A DNA stretch of 64,000 bases, from IMG/VR virus record IMGVR_UViG_3300009036_000501. One strand, given 5' to 3'. The position numbers were made by a program, and so were the translations under genes. The notes below the pieces were generated by a model. It saw only the letters and a list, made by a program, of their open reading frames with translations. It searched no databases and was not told the origin of the DNA. Positions 8,903-18,657 of the stretch are shown piece after piece. Source of the DNA: an uncultured virus (IMG/VR IMGVR_UViG_3300009036_000501). Its lineage: Duplodnaviria; Heunggongvirae; Uroviricota; Caudoviricetes. Position 1 is the stretch's first letter, and each line of letters begins with the position of its first letter.

Positions 8903-9017
8903 GAATGGCGATACATTACATGGTGCGGGGATGCAACCCTGTTGGTTCGATTCCAACTAATGCAAAGCTGGGTAGCCCCAGTTGTGTAGGTGGGAATCCT
9001 ACAATGTATTGCCATTC
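8903..9017 (+). ncRNA. 115-nt structured RNA with two T-arm-like hairpins
   Basis: 15-bp terminal stem GAATGGCGATACATT/AATGTATTGCCATTC enclosing four hairpins. Confidence 0.7.
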
Positions 9018-9024
9018 TAAATGA

Positions 9025-9098
9025 GGATCCTTAGCTCAGTTGGTTAGAGCACCCCTCTCATAAAGGGTTGGTCCACGGTTCAAGTCCGTGAGGATCCA
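9025..9098 (+). tRNA. tRNA CAT (probably Ile2)
   Basis: Cloverleaf GGATCCT/AGGATCC, loop CT-CAT-AA. Confidence 0.9.
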
Positions 9099-9105
9099 TT
9101 GACAT

Positions 9106-9236
9106 GCGGAAGTCGTCTAGTGGCTAGGACACCCCCCGCCAGGGGCGCAACTTGTGGGGTCGCTCCCCACTGGAAGAGTAGCTCTCTTCTTGCGATAATA
9201 CGGAATGAGACCGAGGTTCGATTCCTCGCTTCCGCT
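9106..9236 (+). ncRNA. tRNA-like RNA with branched giant variable region
   Basis: GCGGAAG/CTTCCGC acceptor, D arm GTCTAGTGGCTAGGAC, T arm CGAGG-TTCGATT-CCTCG, ~60-nt branched insert. Confidence 0.75.
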
Positions 9237-9254
9237 TTGACTGAAAAATGATAT

Positions 9255-9382
9255 GAGTGTAGTGGCGGAATTGGCAGACGCATTGCAGGACGGGGTAAGG
9301 ATGTTGTTCCCCTAGCGTGAGGTTGCTATGTTAGCATCCGTACATAGTAGCATGCAGGTTCGAGTCCTGCCTACACCCACCA
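9255..9382 (+). ncRNA. tRNA-like RNA with enlarged anticodon and variable arms, CCA end
   Basis: GTGTAG/CTACAC acceptor, Leu-type D arm, GCAGG-TTCGAGT-CCTGC, encoded CCA. Confidence 0.75.
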
Positions 9383-9383
9383 A

Positions 9384-9587
9384 GTTTGTTGGTTTCACTG
9401 AGGCTCTGTACACTGCCCGTTCGAGTCGGGACCCCATAAACACTAGACTAGTCATCTATCTGTTTGGGGGATAAAGTGGGTACCAGTATACATCCACCGA
9501 GACGGGGTTCGATTCCCTACCGGTTCGTGAAGGTCTGACTAGCTGGATCGACCGGAGTTCATGGTAGTCTCGGTGAAGCCAATAAAC
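9384..9587 (+). ncRNA. ~204-nt RNA with 22-bp terminal stem and two T-arm modules
   Basis: 9384-9405 pairs with 9566-9587; CCCG-TTCGAGT-CGGG and GGG-TTCGATT-CCC. Confidence 0.7.
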
Positions 9588-9605
9588 GGAAAAGGAGTGC
9601 TGTTA

Positions 9606-9920
9606 TTGTCCGCTTACTATAAACTCTCAACGGAAAAAATAGCCAACCAAACACATTGGTCGAAGCAGGCGGCTGAGGATATCAGAAAGTCGCTTAATGA
9701 ATACGACAACGACACACGTAAAGAGGCACGCTTGAAATATGGCGAATGCAGGTCTTGTTTCTACTTGAAAGCTCATGTTGCTGGCCAGGCCTTTACTAAA
9801 TACGATTGTAAAAATTGTGGCGAAACACACACCCATGAAAACACGGCTGTACCAAGGTACTGTCGGAAATGTGCAGAAGAACACCAAGCTTGCAGACGTT
9901 GTGGGGCTAGTACCAAATAA
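9606..9920 (+). CDS. Cys-rich zinc-finger protein
   Basis: Four CxxC pairs; AAGGAG RBS before TTG. Confidence 0.7.
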   Translation: MSAYYKLSTEKIANQTHWSKQAAEDIRKSLNEYDNDTRKEARLKYGECRSCFYLKAHVAGQAFTKYDCKNCGETHTHENTAVPRYCRKCAEEHQACRRCGASTK

Positions 9921-9957
9921 AGAGAAGGGATCACTACAATGTAGTGATCCCTTCTCT

Positions 9958-10785
9958 TTATTTGACCTCGTTCGTTCTATTTGGTTTCGCGAATATCTCT
10001 CCCAGTATAGTATCCCTAGGACCAAAAAGGCGACACTCAAGCGATGCATAGGCTTCGTAGTACTCCTGCAGTTCCAGATACAGTGCTGGTGCATTTTCAT
10101 GTGGATTCGATGCTAAGTCGTCCATGAGCTTGTCTACTTGCAGCATATTGTGACCCTTCTCGTGTTTGTATGTTGGCACAACGCCAACACTCACGATGGA
10201 CTCGAGTGTAGCATTTAGATGGTCTGTGTCATACATAGACATCCGTTGTAGATACCTGACAGAGATAATGCCTATACATACAAATGATATCAACACGAGA
10301 ATTATAACACCATACTCAATGTCACTGTATATTTGTTCTGCTCTACTTGTAGATACCCCCATACTTGATGGATTAAGTACAGATCGCAAGAAGTATTTAT
10401 TAAACAGAATGGCTGCTACAGTCAGCGGTATCAAGGGTGAACTCTTAACTATGTGTGAGATGTACCTTACCACCCCACGGATTGCTCTCTCCCCGCCAAC
10501 AAGCAAGGTGTAAAAGTTGACTTCTTTCTTGTCTAGAACGCCAAGAAACATTTGTGCAAACAGTAAGCCTGTCAAGGTGCTCAAAAGTAGACTTAAAATG
10601 CCAGGTAAAAATATTATACTCGCTACCACTGAGCTAACATATATTGCCACTGTGCCTGCTACTACCCACTTTTTATTTAATGGTGTATGCAATATAGCGC
10701 CTCCCCTATTCATATGCACGGAGTGTACCACATTGCCACACATAAAGTCAAGCCACTGATGCCAATACAGTGTATAGACTAACAT
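9958..10785 (-). CDS. Multi-pass membrane hypothetical protein (true start probably near 10690-10712)
   Basis: Several hydrophobic helices. Confidence 0.65.
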   Translation of the reverse strand: MLVYTLYWHQWLDFMCGNVVHSVHMNRGGAILHTPLNKKWVVAGTVAIYVSSVVASIIFLPGILSLLLSTLTGLLFAQMFLGVLDKKEVNFYTLLVGGERAIRGVVRYISHIVKSSPLIPLTVAAILFNKYFLRSVLNPSSMGVSTSRAEQIYSDIEYGVIILVLISFVCIGIISVRYLQRMSMYDTDHLNATLESIVSVGVVPTYKHEKGHNMLQVDKLMDDLASNPHENAPALYLELQEYYEAYASLECRLFGPRDTILGEIFAKPNRTNEVK

Positions 10786-10848
10786 GTACTGTGGATTCTC
10801 ATCTTTATATGAAAGGGGGAGACACCTTGAATGTCTCCCCCTTTCAGC

Positions 10849-11490
10849 CTAGCGTATGTTGTTTTTTATTAGATTTACTATTTTTTCCTCATAATCCCCT
10901 GCACGAGTAATATAATCTATACATGAAACGTCGTTAATGTTTTTTATACTAGGATCTGCTCCATACTCTATTAACAGTCTTACATAGTCATACGGATCAG
11001 TGTTTGCATGTCGATGGATAAAAAATGTTCGGTGCAAGGCTGTTTCTGCACCCTGTTTTTCGCCACATATACTGTTAGGATTAGCACCTAATTTTAACAA
11101 CAGCTCCATAGCCTCTAGATACCGGTAATGAGCAGCTATGTGCAGTAAAGTTTGTTGTTCCCCAAGAACATGGTCCACACCTACCCATCTGGCAACAGCG
11201 GACAATACGTCTAAATTGCCTAAGATTAGAAGGTACGGGTCGACAGGTCCTCCAAAATTACTACTTTCATCTAGACCTTCTACCCAAGGATTGAACTGGA
11301 TGAGCGTGGAAAACAAGTTTAAATCCTCATTAGATATGCCGAGCCAAATAGGATGCATACCATCAATAGAGTGATTCACCAAATTACTGTCTTGTTGCAG
11401 ATACAGGGCTACTCTTAGAGTGTCCCCACTTTTGACTGCATGTTCGAACTCCTTAATTTCCTGATAAGACCAAATCTTCATTACCAACAC
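10849..11490 (-). CDS. Ankyrin repeat protein
   Basis: TLLHIAA...LLKLGANPN, TALH...LIEYGADP. Confidence 0.85.
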   Translation of the reverse strand: MLVMKIWSYQEIKEFEHAVKSGDTLRVALYLQQDSNLVNHSIDGMHPIWLGISNEDLNLFSTLIQFNPWVEGLDESSNFGGPVDPYLLILGNLDVLSAVARWVGVDHVLGEQQTLLHIAAHYRYLEAMELLLKLGANPNSICGEKQGAETALHRTFFIHRHANTDPYDYVRLLIEYGADPSIKNINDVSCIDYITRAGDYEEKIVNLIKNNIR

Positions 11491-11507
11491 TCCTTACACT
11501 AAAATGG

Positions 11508-12185
11508 TTATTCTTTTGTCAAAAGTTCAAGCACCTTCGGATGATCCGTATAATTTATGGCTTTCTTGCCAGCAGCACTTACTATGCTTGGATCTGCTCC
11601 ACTATCAAGCAGGAGGGATACACACTTGGAGTGCCCATAATCTGCAGCGGCCATAAGTGCCGTCATGCCGTAGTCATCTCGCGTATCTAGACACGCTCCT
11701 GCTCCTATCAACTTGCCAGCTATAGACGCATAACCATATCTACACGCCCGCATCAAGGCTGTGCTTCCTTCTGAGGATACTGCATTTGGGTCTGCTCCCT
11801 CGCTTAACAAGAGATCCACATGGGAGCCAAAATGCCCCTCACAAGCAAGAAATAAGATTGTTGTGTCGCTGTAGTCCTTCAGTTTCATGTTCACATTTGC
11901 GCCTGAGGATATGAGACGTTTCATCATTTCTAGCCCCAGCTCACTACTATATATGGCTCTGACCAGACATGTATGACCATCCCTATCGACTACATTGGGG
12001 TCAGCCCCGTGTTCTAACAACAATTCTACTGCAAACAAATGACTGTGGGCTACAGCATGTGCTAGTGGTGTTTGGCCCTTTCCGTCTCGCACGTCCAACG
12101 TAGAGTTGTGTTTCATAGTTTCAGTCATAAGGGATATGGCTAACATATCGTTGTTGCGTAGCGCATTTACAAATTTAATGTACAT
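11508..12185 (-). CDS. Ankyrin repeat protein
   Basis: GQTPLAHA...LLEHGADPN and GxTALMxA repeats. Confidence 0.9.
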   Translation of the reverse strand: MYIKFVNALRNNDMLAISLMTETMKHNSTLDVRDGKGQTPLAHAVAHSHLFAVELLLEHGADPNVVDRDGHTCLVRAIYSSELGLEMMKRLISSGANVNMKLKDYSDTTILFLACEGHFGSHVDLLLSEGADPNAVSSEGSTALMRACRYGYASIAGKLIGAGACLDTRDDYGMTALMAAADYGHSKCVSLLLDSGADPSIVSAAGKKAINYTDHPKVLELLTKE

Positions 12186-12345
12186 TGCTAAACACTCCTT
12201 GACATAGTCATATTTTCTTGTGCACATTATAGCATATGTGGTGGCGGCTACACAATGCTTTAATATTGTGGCACCAATTCTTGACGAGGGTATGTAGGCA
12301 TGGTACAATTCGGCTAAAATTACATCACTTTGGGGAGTGTATTTT

Positions 12346-12996
12346 ATGTCAGTCACTATGTTTATGAAATGTATCGAGATCAATGATATAGAGGGCGCAG
12401 AAGAAGCTTTGGGTAAGCTCGGTGATGAGCATTTTGCGCAAAACGACAACCTTACCAGTCCACTTGTACATGCTATCGTGCGGAAGAGACGACCGATGGT
12501 GAAGCTGCTACTGGAACAAATAAGTGCCTTTGACGATCACATCATCAGCAACACGTACCTATGCGCTGCTGTCGAGAGTGGCGAGCGAAATATCACTAAG
12601 ATTATCTTGGAAAAAGGAGCCAATCCGAATGTACTGACCTCAGAGGGACGCGCGTTACTACATTCACTCCATACTCCAGTGGAAATTGATATGTTTCAGA
12701 GGCATGGAGCCAATCTCAATATTACTGATATTGGAGGAAAGACAATTCTCCACTACCTGGTAATGAAAAATAGACCGGACACATTGCTTTTGGAATGGTT
12801 AGTAAACAGAGGCGTAGATCCAAACACCCGCGATCTAGAAGGAAACAATGCACTTCATACTTTTGCCTTGTATGGCAATGAGAATTTGAGTCACAGTCGT
12901 CGTGGGTCTCTTATCCAGAGGTTGTTGGATGTAGGGACAGATCCGACAGCACAGAACAACGACGGTTCTACAGCCGCGCAGTTGTTAAACTTTTAA
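12346..12996 (+). CDS. Ankyrin repeat protein
   Basis: LEKGANPN, GKTILHY, GNNALH repeats. Confidence 0.85.
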   Translation: MSVTMFMKCIEINDIEGAEEALGKLGDEHFAQNDNLTSPLVHAIVRKRRPMVKLLLEQISAFDDHIISNTYLCAAVESGERNITKIILEKGANPNVLTSEGRALLHSLHTPVEIDMFQRHGANLNITDIGGKTILHYLVMKNRPDTLLLEWLVNRGVDPNTRDLEGNNALHTFALYGNENLSHSRRGSLIQRLLDVGTDPTAQNNDGSTAAQLLNF

Positions 12997-13380
12997 AAAA
13001 AGGAGATCCTCAACTGAGGATCTCCTTTTTGTGTCTGAATGTCGAGCATCAGCACTACATATCAACCACAACCAGATCTTGTTACTATATTCCGGAGGCC
13101 TCTCCGTCATTTTCGATACCATGTTCAACATTTGTTATCTGGTGGACAATGCGCCTTCCCGTCTTCTGTTAGATGTCTGAGATAATTATTGCAGGGATAG
13201 AATGAAAACAAAGGTTCATGTTCCTAGAGTATATCATTCACTGGTTATAACATATGATATATACATCTTAAAACAGTTAGGTGTGTCTTATGCCTTCTGG
13301 GAAGTCGTTTAAGATACAGTAGAAATACTTGACACGTGCACATATGTATGGTAAAATGGAAGATAAGGAGAGTGATTATA

Positions 13381-13566
13381 ATGTATATACCACAAAGTCT
13401 TGATGAGAAAATTTTAATCGACGGACAAGAGAAGACAGTACAGGAACTAATATATGCAGTTAGAGCGCACGATAGACAAAAAGGGACGTGCAGAAAACAC
13501 CAAAAAGTTAGACGTGCTAAGGACAAGAACACAGAGAAGAAACCAGCGTATGCGTCTAAACAATAA
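13381..13566 (+). CDS. Small basic hypothetical protein
   Basis: AAGGAG RBS, TTGACA promoter upstream; first gene of helicase unit. Confidence 0.55.
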   Translation: MYIPQSLDEKILIDGQEKTVQELIYAVRAHDRQKGTCRKHQKVRRAKDKNTEKKPAYASKQ

Positions 13567-13759
13567 AATAGCCCTCGCTGTGGTACCAGCGAGGGCTATA
13601 AGGGGGAAATCAGTCAGGGGAATAGACCCTCAACAAAAATCTGTTAGTTCCATTATAGCATGGATGTGGTTCGGACGTCAATACACGCCGTACGCACATG
13701 GTGAGTTGGCAGTGGTCTATTCACCTTTCGTTATACGAAGGGAGAGGGCAGGAAAATGA
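13550..13759 (+). CDS. Small hypothetical protein
   Basis: Overlaps both neighbours (ATGA coupling to helicase). Confidence 0.4.
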   Translation: MRLNNKIALAVVPARAIRGKSVRGIDPQQKSVSSIIAWMWFGRQYTPYAHGELAVVYSPFVIRRERAGK

Positions 13760-15861
13760 GCTTAGACCATGAGAAAGACAGTCTAGATAATGTATCTTCA
13801 GTGTCTATGATAATCAAGACGCAATCGAAGTTTGATGCCTTATTAAAGATACTAGAATCACCTGTGGATGTATTAGATACAGACAAAATGGGTATTATTT
13901 TTCAGGGCGTGACAAGTGCTACAGATGCCGAGATCACACGGTTATCTATGCACATGCACGGAGGACTGAAGAAGCATGGAAAGTGTCCATCCCCCGCTAA
14001 CATAGAGTCTAAAATCAGAGAGCATATCTTTCCAGACGCACAGTGGGGATCTCATGCAATAGTAGGTCAGGAAGAAGGGCGCATGTATATCCAGAAGAAT
14101 AAAAAAGAAAAAATATACATCTCAAACTTTGTTATAGAGCCAGATCACACCATTGTGGTACAAGGACAGGATGGTGATAAATACCACTCATATCGAGTTT
14201 TTATCATGGGTGACAATAGGACATATAGTTTGCGGTTACGTGCTCAGGACTTCAATGATCTGAAAAGTCTGCAATCGGAAGTGGCCAGACAGTTGGCTGG
14301 AACATCAGCCTTTATCAATGGTTGCAATAACTACATGCTGGATCTCCAACATAAGTTCATTTCCTCCGCTAAATTTGAAGTTGAAAAAGTCGGGACATCC
14401 CTGATAGGGTTAGAGCGACCAGAAGACGGCGGACCTAAGTACTTCTGCACTCCAGATGCCATTTTAGACCAAGAGGGGAATAAGTCCTCTGACATGATCT
14501 ACATGGGGAATGAACAGACTAACCAAGAGGAAGTCAGAAACTACACAAACCTCAAGTATGAGAAAAAGAAATGGGTGGAAACAGCCAAGGTGTTTTTATC
14601 ACATATAGTATATATACAGGATAAAACAGCCATGATGAGTCTCATAGGTTGGATGGGCGCCATCCCACATGACTATGTAATTCGCAAAGTATGTGGTATG
14701 AATGCCTTTCCCCACTGTCACATCGTAGGGGAGCCTGGTAGTGGTAAAACTACTTTGATGACTCTGCTAAAACAATATATGGGGCATAATGATACTACAC
14801 CGAGAGCCTTTCCTACACCGTTTGAGACCTCTAAACTGCTCAATTCTAGTTACTCCGTTCCTGTGGTATTGGATGAGTATGGTAAACGGTGGCGCCCAGA
14901 GCAACACAATGCATTCAACAAAGTCCTGGTTGAATCCTACAATAAGTCCCCGTGGTCACGTGGTACATCCAGCCTAGGCTCTGTTTATTATAAGTATAAG
15001 AACCCCTTGCTATTTGGGGGTCAGATGCCAACATTTGACCAGGCATTAGCTACTCGAATAGTTCCTGTAAGATTATATAAATCGTTTCACAATAGTGCAC
15101 GGGGAACTGGTGCCAAAAAGGCATTAGTGGCTTTGCAGAATATGGTAGATAAGAACTTCTGGGTTGGGTACAACCTATGGGCATCACAAGATGACAATGA
15201 GGATGTGAAAACCTCTTTTGACAGCTATCGGCACGTAGCATCTCAAACCATCACTGACCAGAGGGTAGCTGACATATACACTGTTGTTATGCTTGGACTC
15301 AAGTATATGAAACGGTTGGCAGATGAGCTTAGTATAGATGTTGGATACACAGAAGACGACATCTTAAATATGCCAGAACAATTGGACGGTGCCGCTGATG
15401 CCATAGAGACGCAAGATATCTCGCCACTTAGTGATTTTCTTCAAGAACTAGTGTCTTACGGAACATCAATAGGAAACCATTCCGCATACGGGAATTATTT
15501 CGGAGAGGGATTAGCTATCATGAAGACCACTCCCAATACTAATGGTCCTGGCCAGTATGGTGGGACTCACAAGTACACTGCATGTATTTACGATAGACCC
15601 CTTCTACTCATCAAAGTAGACGAGATAGTTAAGATGTTGAATAGGTTTAACAAGACCGTCCAACACAATGCGAAGGAGATCATGGTATTTATACAGTCTG
15701 AGTTTAATAAATCACAGGAAAACCCTATGGATGACAACAACTTGGTGCTTGCGCCTAAACAGTACAGAACCAAGCACGGATTTTACACTGCTTTTAATTT
15801 GTCTCGAATTTTAGATGAGTACCCTTCTCTTGAAGGTATCTCATGGAAAATAATTAGGTAG
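13756..15861 (+). CDS. P-loop NTPase, putative replicative helicase/initiator (DUF927/Cch-like)
   Basis: Walker A GEPGSGKT, Walker B VVLDE, arginine-finger-like ALATR; adjacent to iteron array. Confidence 0.65.
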   Translation: MSLDHEKDSLDNVSSVSMIIKTQSKFDALLKILESPVDVLDTDKMGIIFQGVTSATDAEITRLSMHMHGGLKKHGKCPSPANIESKIREHIFPDAQWGSHAIVGQEEGRMYIQKNKKEKIYISNFVIEPDHTIVVQGQDGDKYHSYRVFIMGDNRTYSLRLRAQDFNDLKSLQSEVARQLAGTSAFINGCNNYMLDLQHKFISSAKFEVEKVGTSLIGLERPEDGGPKYFCTPDAILDQEGNKSSDMIYMGNEQTNQEEVRNYTNLKYEKKKWVETAKVFLSHIVYIQDKTAMMSLIGWMGAIPHDYVIRKVCGMNAFPHCHIVGEPGSGKTTLMTLLKQYMGHNDTTPRAFPTPFETSKLLNSSYSVPVVLDEYGKRWRPEQHNAFNKVLVESYNKSPWSRGTSSLGSVYYKYKNPLLFGGQMPTFDQALATRIVPVRLYKSFHNSARGTGAKKALVALQNMVDKNFWVGYNLWASQDDNEDVKTSFDSYRHVASQTITDQRVADIYTVVMLGLKYMKRLADELSIDVGYTEDDILNMPEQLDGAADAIETQDISPLSDFLQELVSYGTSIGNHSAYGNYFGEGLAIMKTTPNTNGPGQYGGTHKYTACIYDRPLLLIKVDEIVKMLNRFNKTVQHNAKEIMVFIQSEFNKSQENPMDDNNLVLAPKQYRTKHGFYTAFNLSRILDEYPSLEGISWKIIR

Positions 15862-15944
15862 ATTATGGAAGGGAGCGCCAACAACATGCGCTCCCTTCTT
15901 CATGTTTGTCATGCAATCAGTGGTGTGTAGAGCATGTATTTCAT

Positions 15945-16571
15945 ATCTACACCAAAATCTACACCAGATCTACACCGTCAATGTAGTATATGCCTCAAAT
16001 CTATATAAAATCTACACCAAATCTACACCAAATCTACACCTCGCACACAGTCCTTTTCTCGCAAACGCCTTGTGCTGATGGGGGTTTGGGAAATCTACAC
16101 CAAAATCTACACCAATACTTCTGATCCATCGGGAACGAGGTTCCAACCCCCTTAGATACCATAAGTATCTACACCTTTTTTATTTTTTTCTTTATAAGGT
16201 TTTATTAATTATTATATATCAGTTGGTGTAGATTGATGCACATTAATACCCCATGTTCGTGAGTGGTTATGCTTTATTTGATAAAAGTGTATATTGTTTT
16301 GGGACGGGTGGGGAAAGGTTATGGTATGTGGGGGTTCCGTGCAGGACTTTAACGTATGAAAGTGATGTGTTTTCTGGGGGGGTAGTGTCCACATGCCGAA
16401 ATCTACACCAATACACTGCTAGTATTGCCGTTGCCCCTTTTTAGCAAGTATTTGTGCATGGTGTAGACTTGGTGTAGATATGCGGTGACGGGGGGTACTC
16501 AGACTCCGTCCGAACCGAATTAGAGAAGTGGTGTAGATTTTGGTGTAGACTATGGTGTTATGGGTGTAGAT
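15945..16571. repeat. Iteron-like array (ATCTACACC) flanking AT-rich tract; putative replication origin
   Basis: 10 forward and 6 reverse (GGTGTAGAY) copies, often 11-12 bp apart; AT-rich 16176-16220. Confidence 0.8.
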
Positions 16572-16806
16572 TTGTCAATCCTAGGTACCTTGACTCACTA
16601 CATTCTATACATGGGCTGGATGTGCAAGGTGTGCCTATGAGGAATATACCACTCGTCATAGATACGCTTTGTGTAGGGAAACATCATACTCGAATACCAT
16701 ACACATTCAAGTTACATGCTGAATGGATTTTGGAATAAATCTTGACTTATTGAATGCAGGCATGGTGTCATTTATGACAAGATCCGTAAATAAGGGTGGT
16801 GTCTTT

Positions 16807-17643
16807 ATGCTTAAGAGTATTGGTTGGTTTGATCTTATTTCGGATGTCCATTTGGACTTTTGGATTTTTGTGAAGAATGTCAGTAGAGAGGGACAAGAAG
16901 AGAACATACGTGGATTTGTTAATATGTTGATTCCTGAAGTACCTTCAAAGGTTTTAGTCATTGCAGGAGACTTAGGGCATAAGAATGATCAAAATTTCGT
17001 GTTTCTACAGATACTGAAAGAAACATATGAATACATCTTGATAGTTCCTGGAAATCATGATTATTACCTGATCAATAGCACCGCACGTTATAAACATAAC
17101 AATCTTTCTTCTATGCGTTGGAAGGATATGAAACAGTTGGGTGCCACTTTGCCCGGTATTCACTTCCTAGAAGGTACAACTATCACTATTGATGGGACCA
17201 CATTTGGCGGTACAGGCATGTGGTACGACTTTTCTTATGGCATGCAGGTGTTGGGAAAGACTGATGGGGAAATGATGAGTTACTGGCGGGAGGAAATGAG
17301 AGACGCGAAATATATTCGCGGAGCTCAGACAAGACCACAAAAGTGGGCGGAAGAGGAATGTAAACTCCTTGAGCAGGTACTAGAGACATCAGACGTCATC
17401 ATCACACATATCGGGCCAGACTGGTCTGACCTTACATCCAAGCAGGTAGACGACATGGGCACCGGCTTTTACTACTTTGACGGCAGAAAATACCTAGAGA
17501 AGTGCGAAGGGAAGGTGTGGTGCTATGGTCATGTACACCACAACTCAGACTACACTGTGTCTGGATGCAGACTAGTGAATAACGCTCTGGGATACCCAAA
17601 TGAGAAAGCAGACATTGGCAAGATTGTGACTATAGAGTTATGA
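16807..17643 (+). CDS. Calcineurin-like metallophosphoesterase
   Basis: DVH, AGD, GNHD, THI, GHVH motifs. Confidence 0.9.
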   Translation: MLKSIGWFDLISDVHLDFWIFVKNVSREGQEENIRGFVNMLIPEVPSKVLVIAGDLGHKNDQNFVFLQILKETYEYILIVPGNHDYYLINSTARYKHNNLSSMRWKDMKQLGATLPGIHFLEGTTITIDGTTFGGTGMWYDFSYGMQVLGKTDGEMMSYWREEMRDAKYIRGAQTRPQKWAEEECKLLEQVLETSDVIITHIGPDWSDLTSKQVDDMGTGFYYFDGRKYLEKCEGKVWCYGHVHHNSDYTVSGCRLVNNALGYPNEKADIGKIVTIEL

Positions 17644-17876
17644 ACATAAATAGGGGGGTGTATGAAATTCCATACACCCCCTGTCATGTTTAACACGATT
17701 TGTTGAAATGAACACCATTGGCTTTCGTATTCTGGCAAGCTCACACCCCTGTGCAAATTCGGGGAGGATACTCTGAGTCTGCAATTCAAATGTAGTTCAT
17801 TTTACTTAAGATCTCGGAAAGGCTTCTGGAATATATCATGCGACATACTCTGATTTGGGTGTCCAGTCCACTTACA

Positions 17877-18176
17877 TCAGACATTATGCTTTGACAATTC
17901 ATTGAGACATTTTTGATACATCTTGTTGATGTAATTAGCCTTTTGTGTAGGTAATCCTTTGCCATTTGGGTATATGGGGAGGTTAATACTCACAGTATGG
18001 CCTGAAGTTTTTTCTTCAGCACGGAGTATAGGACCAGCACCTCTGGCCTCGAGTGTAGTAAGATCGACATTGGCAGGGAAAGGAATGAATTCTCCTTTGC
18101 GTAAAAACCCAACACGCCCGTCAAGTCCTTTGGCTTTAAAAAAGTCTCGTAATTCGATGTGAGTAACACTATACAT
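17877..18176 (-). CDS. Hypothetical protein
   Basis: 99-aa ORF, AGGAGG RBS. Confidence 0.6.
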   Translation of the reverse strand: MYSVTHIELRDFFKAKGLDGRVGFLRKGEFIPFPANVDLTTLEARGAGPILRAEEKTSGHTVSINLPIYPNGKGLPTQKANYINKMYQKCLNELSKHNV

Positions 18177-18309
18177 AGAAAGGCCTCCTAATATTATCTT
18201 TTCCTCCTTTTATATAAACACGAGAGAGGCTGTGGTGGCAACCATATGACACAGTTTATATGTGAGCAAGGAAAAGGGACTACAAAACGTGTAGTCCCCT
18301 TGGGATGTA

Positions 18310-18657
18310 TTAGATAAATAACAGAGTTATGATGGCAATGACTAAAACAACGAGAGCCGTGACCATAATAGGACCCATCAGCGAAAGAAGGATGTATGGT
18401 ACACCTACACCTTTTTCCTCCTTAACCTTGCGTGCCAAGTTATCGCTACTCTGTTTAATTTGGGCGAATGTACCAAGATTGACCCCGAAGAATTTCACCA
18501 TACACCAGGCAAAACTAGAAACGTAGATGATGGCGCCGACACCCAAAATTCGAAGACTTAGTGTAAGAGCCGCCACAACAATACAAACAAGAAACAAGAC
18601 CGAAGAAATGATAAGAACTTTTAGAGCTAACATACGACTGCTGATAGACATTGTCAC
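18310..18657 (-). CDS. Small membrane protein
   Basis: Three hydrophobic helices, AAGGAG RBS. Confidence 0.65.
   Translation of the reverse strand: MTMSISSRMLALKVLIISSVLFLVCIVVAALTLSLRILGVGAIIYVSSFAWCMVKFFGVNLGTFAQIKQSSDNLARKVKEEKGVGVPYILLSLMGPIMVTALVVLVIAIITLLFI

Noticed and set aside
15945..16571. CRISPR array
   Set aside because: Repeats are 9 bp, in both orientations, with irregular spacing and no cas genes.
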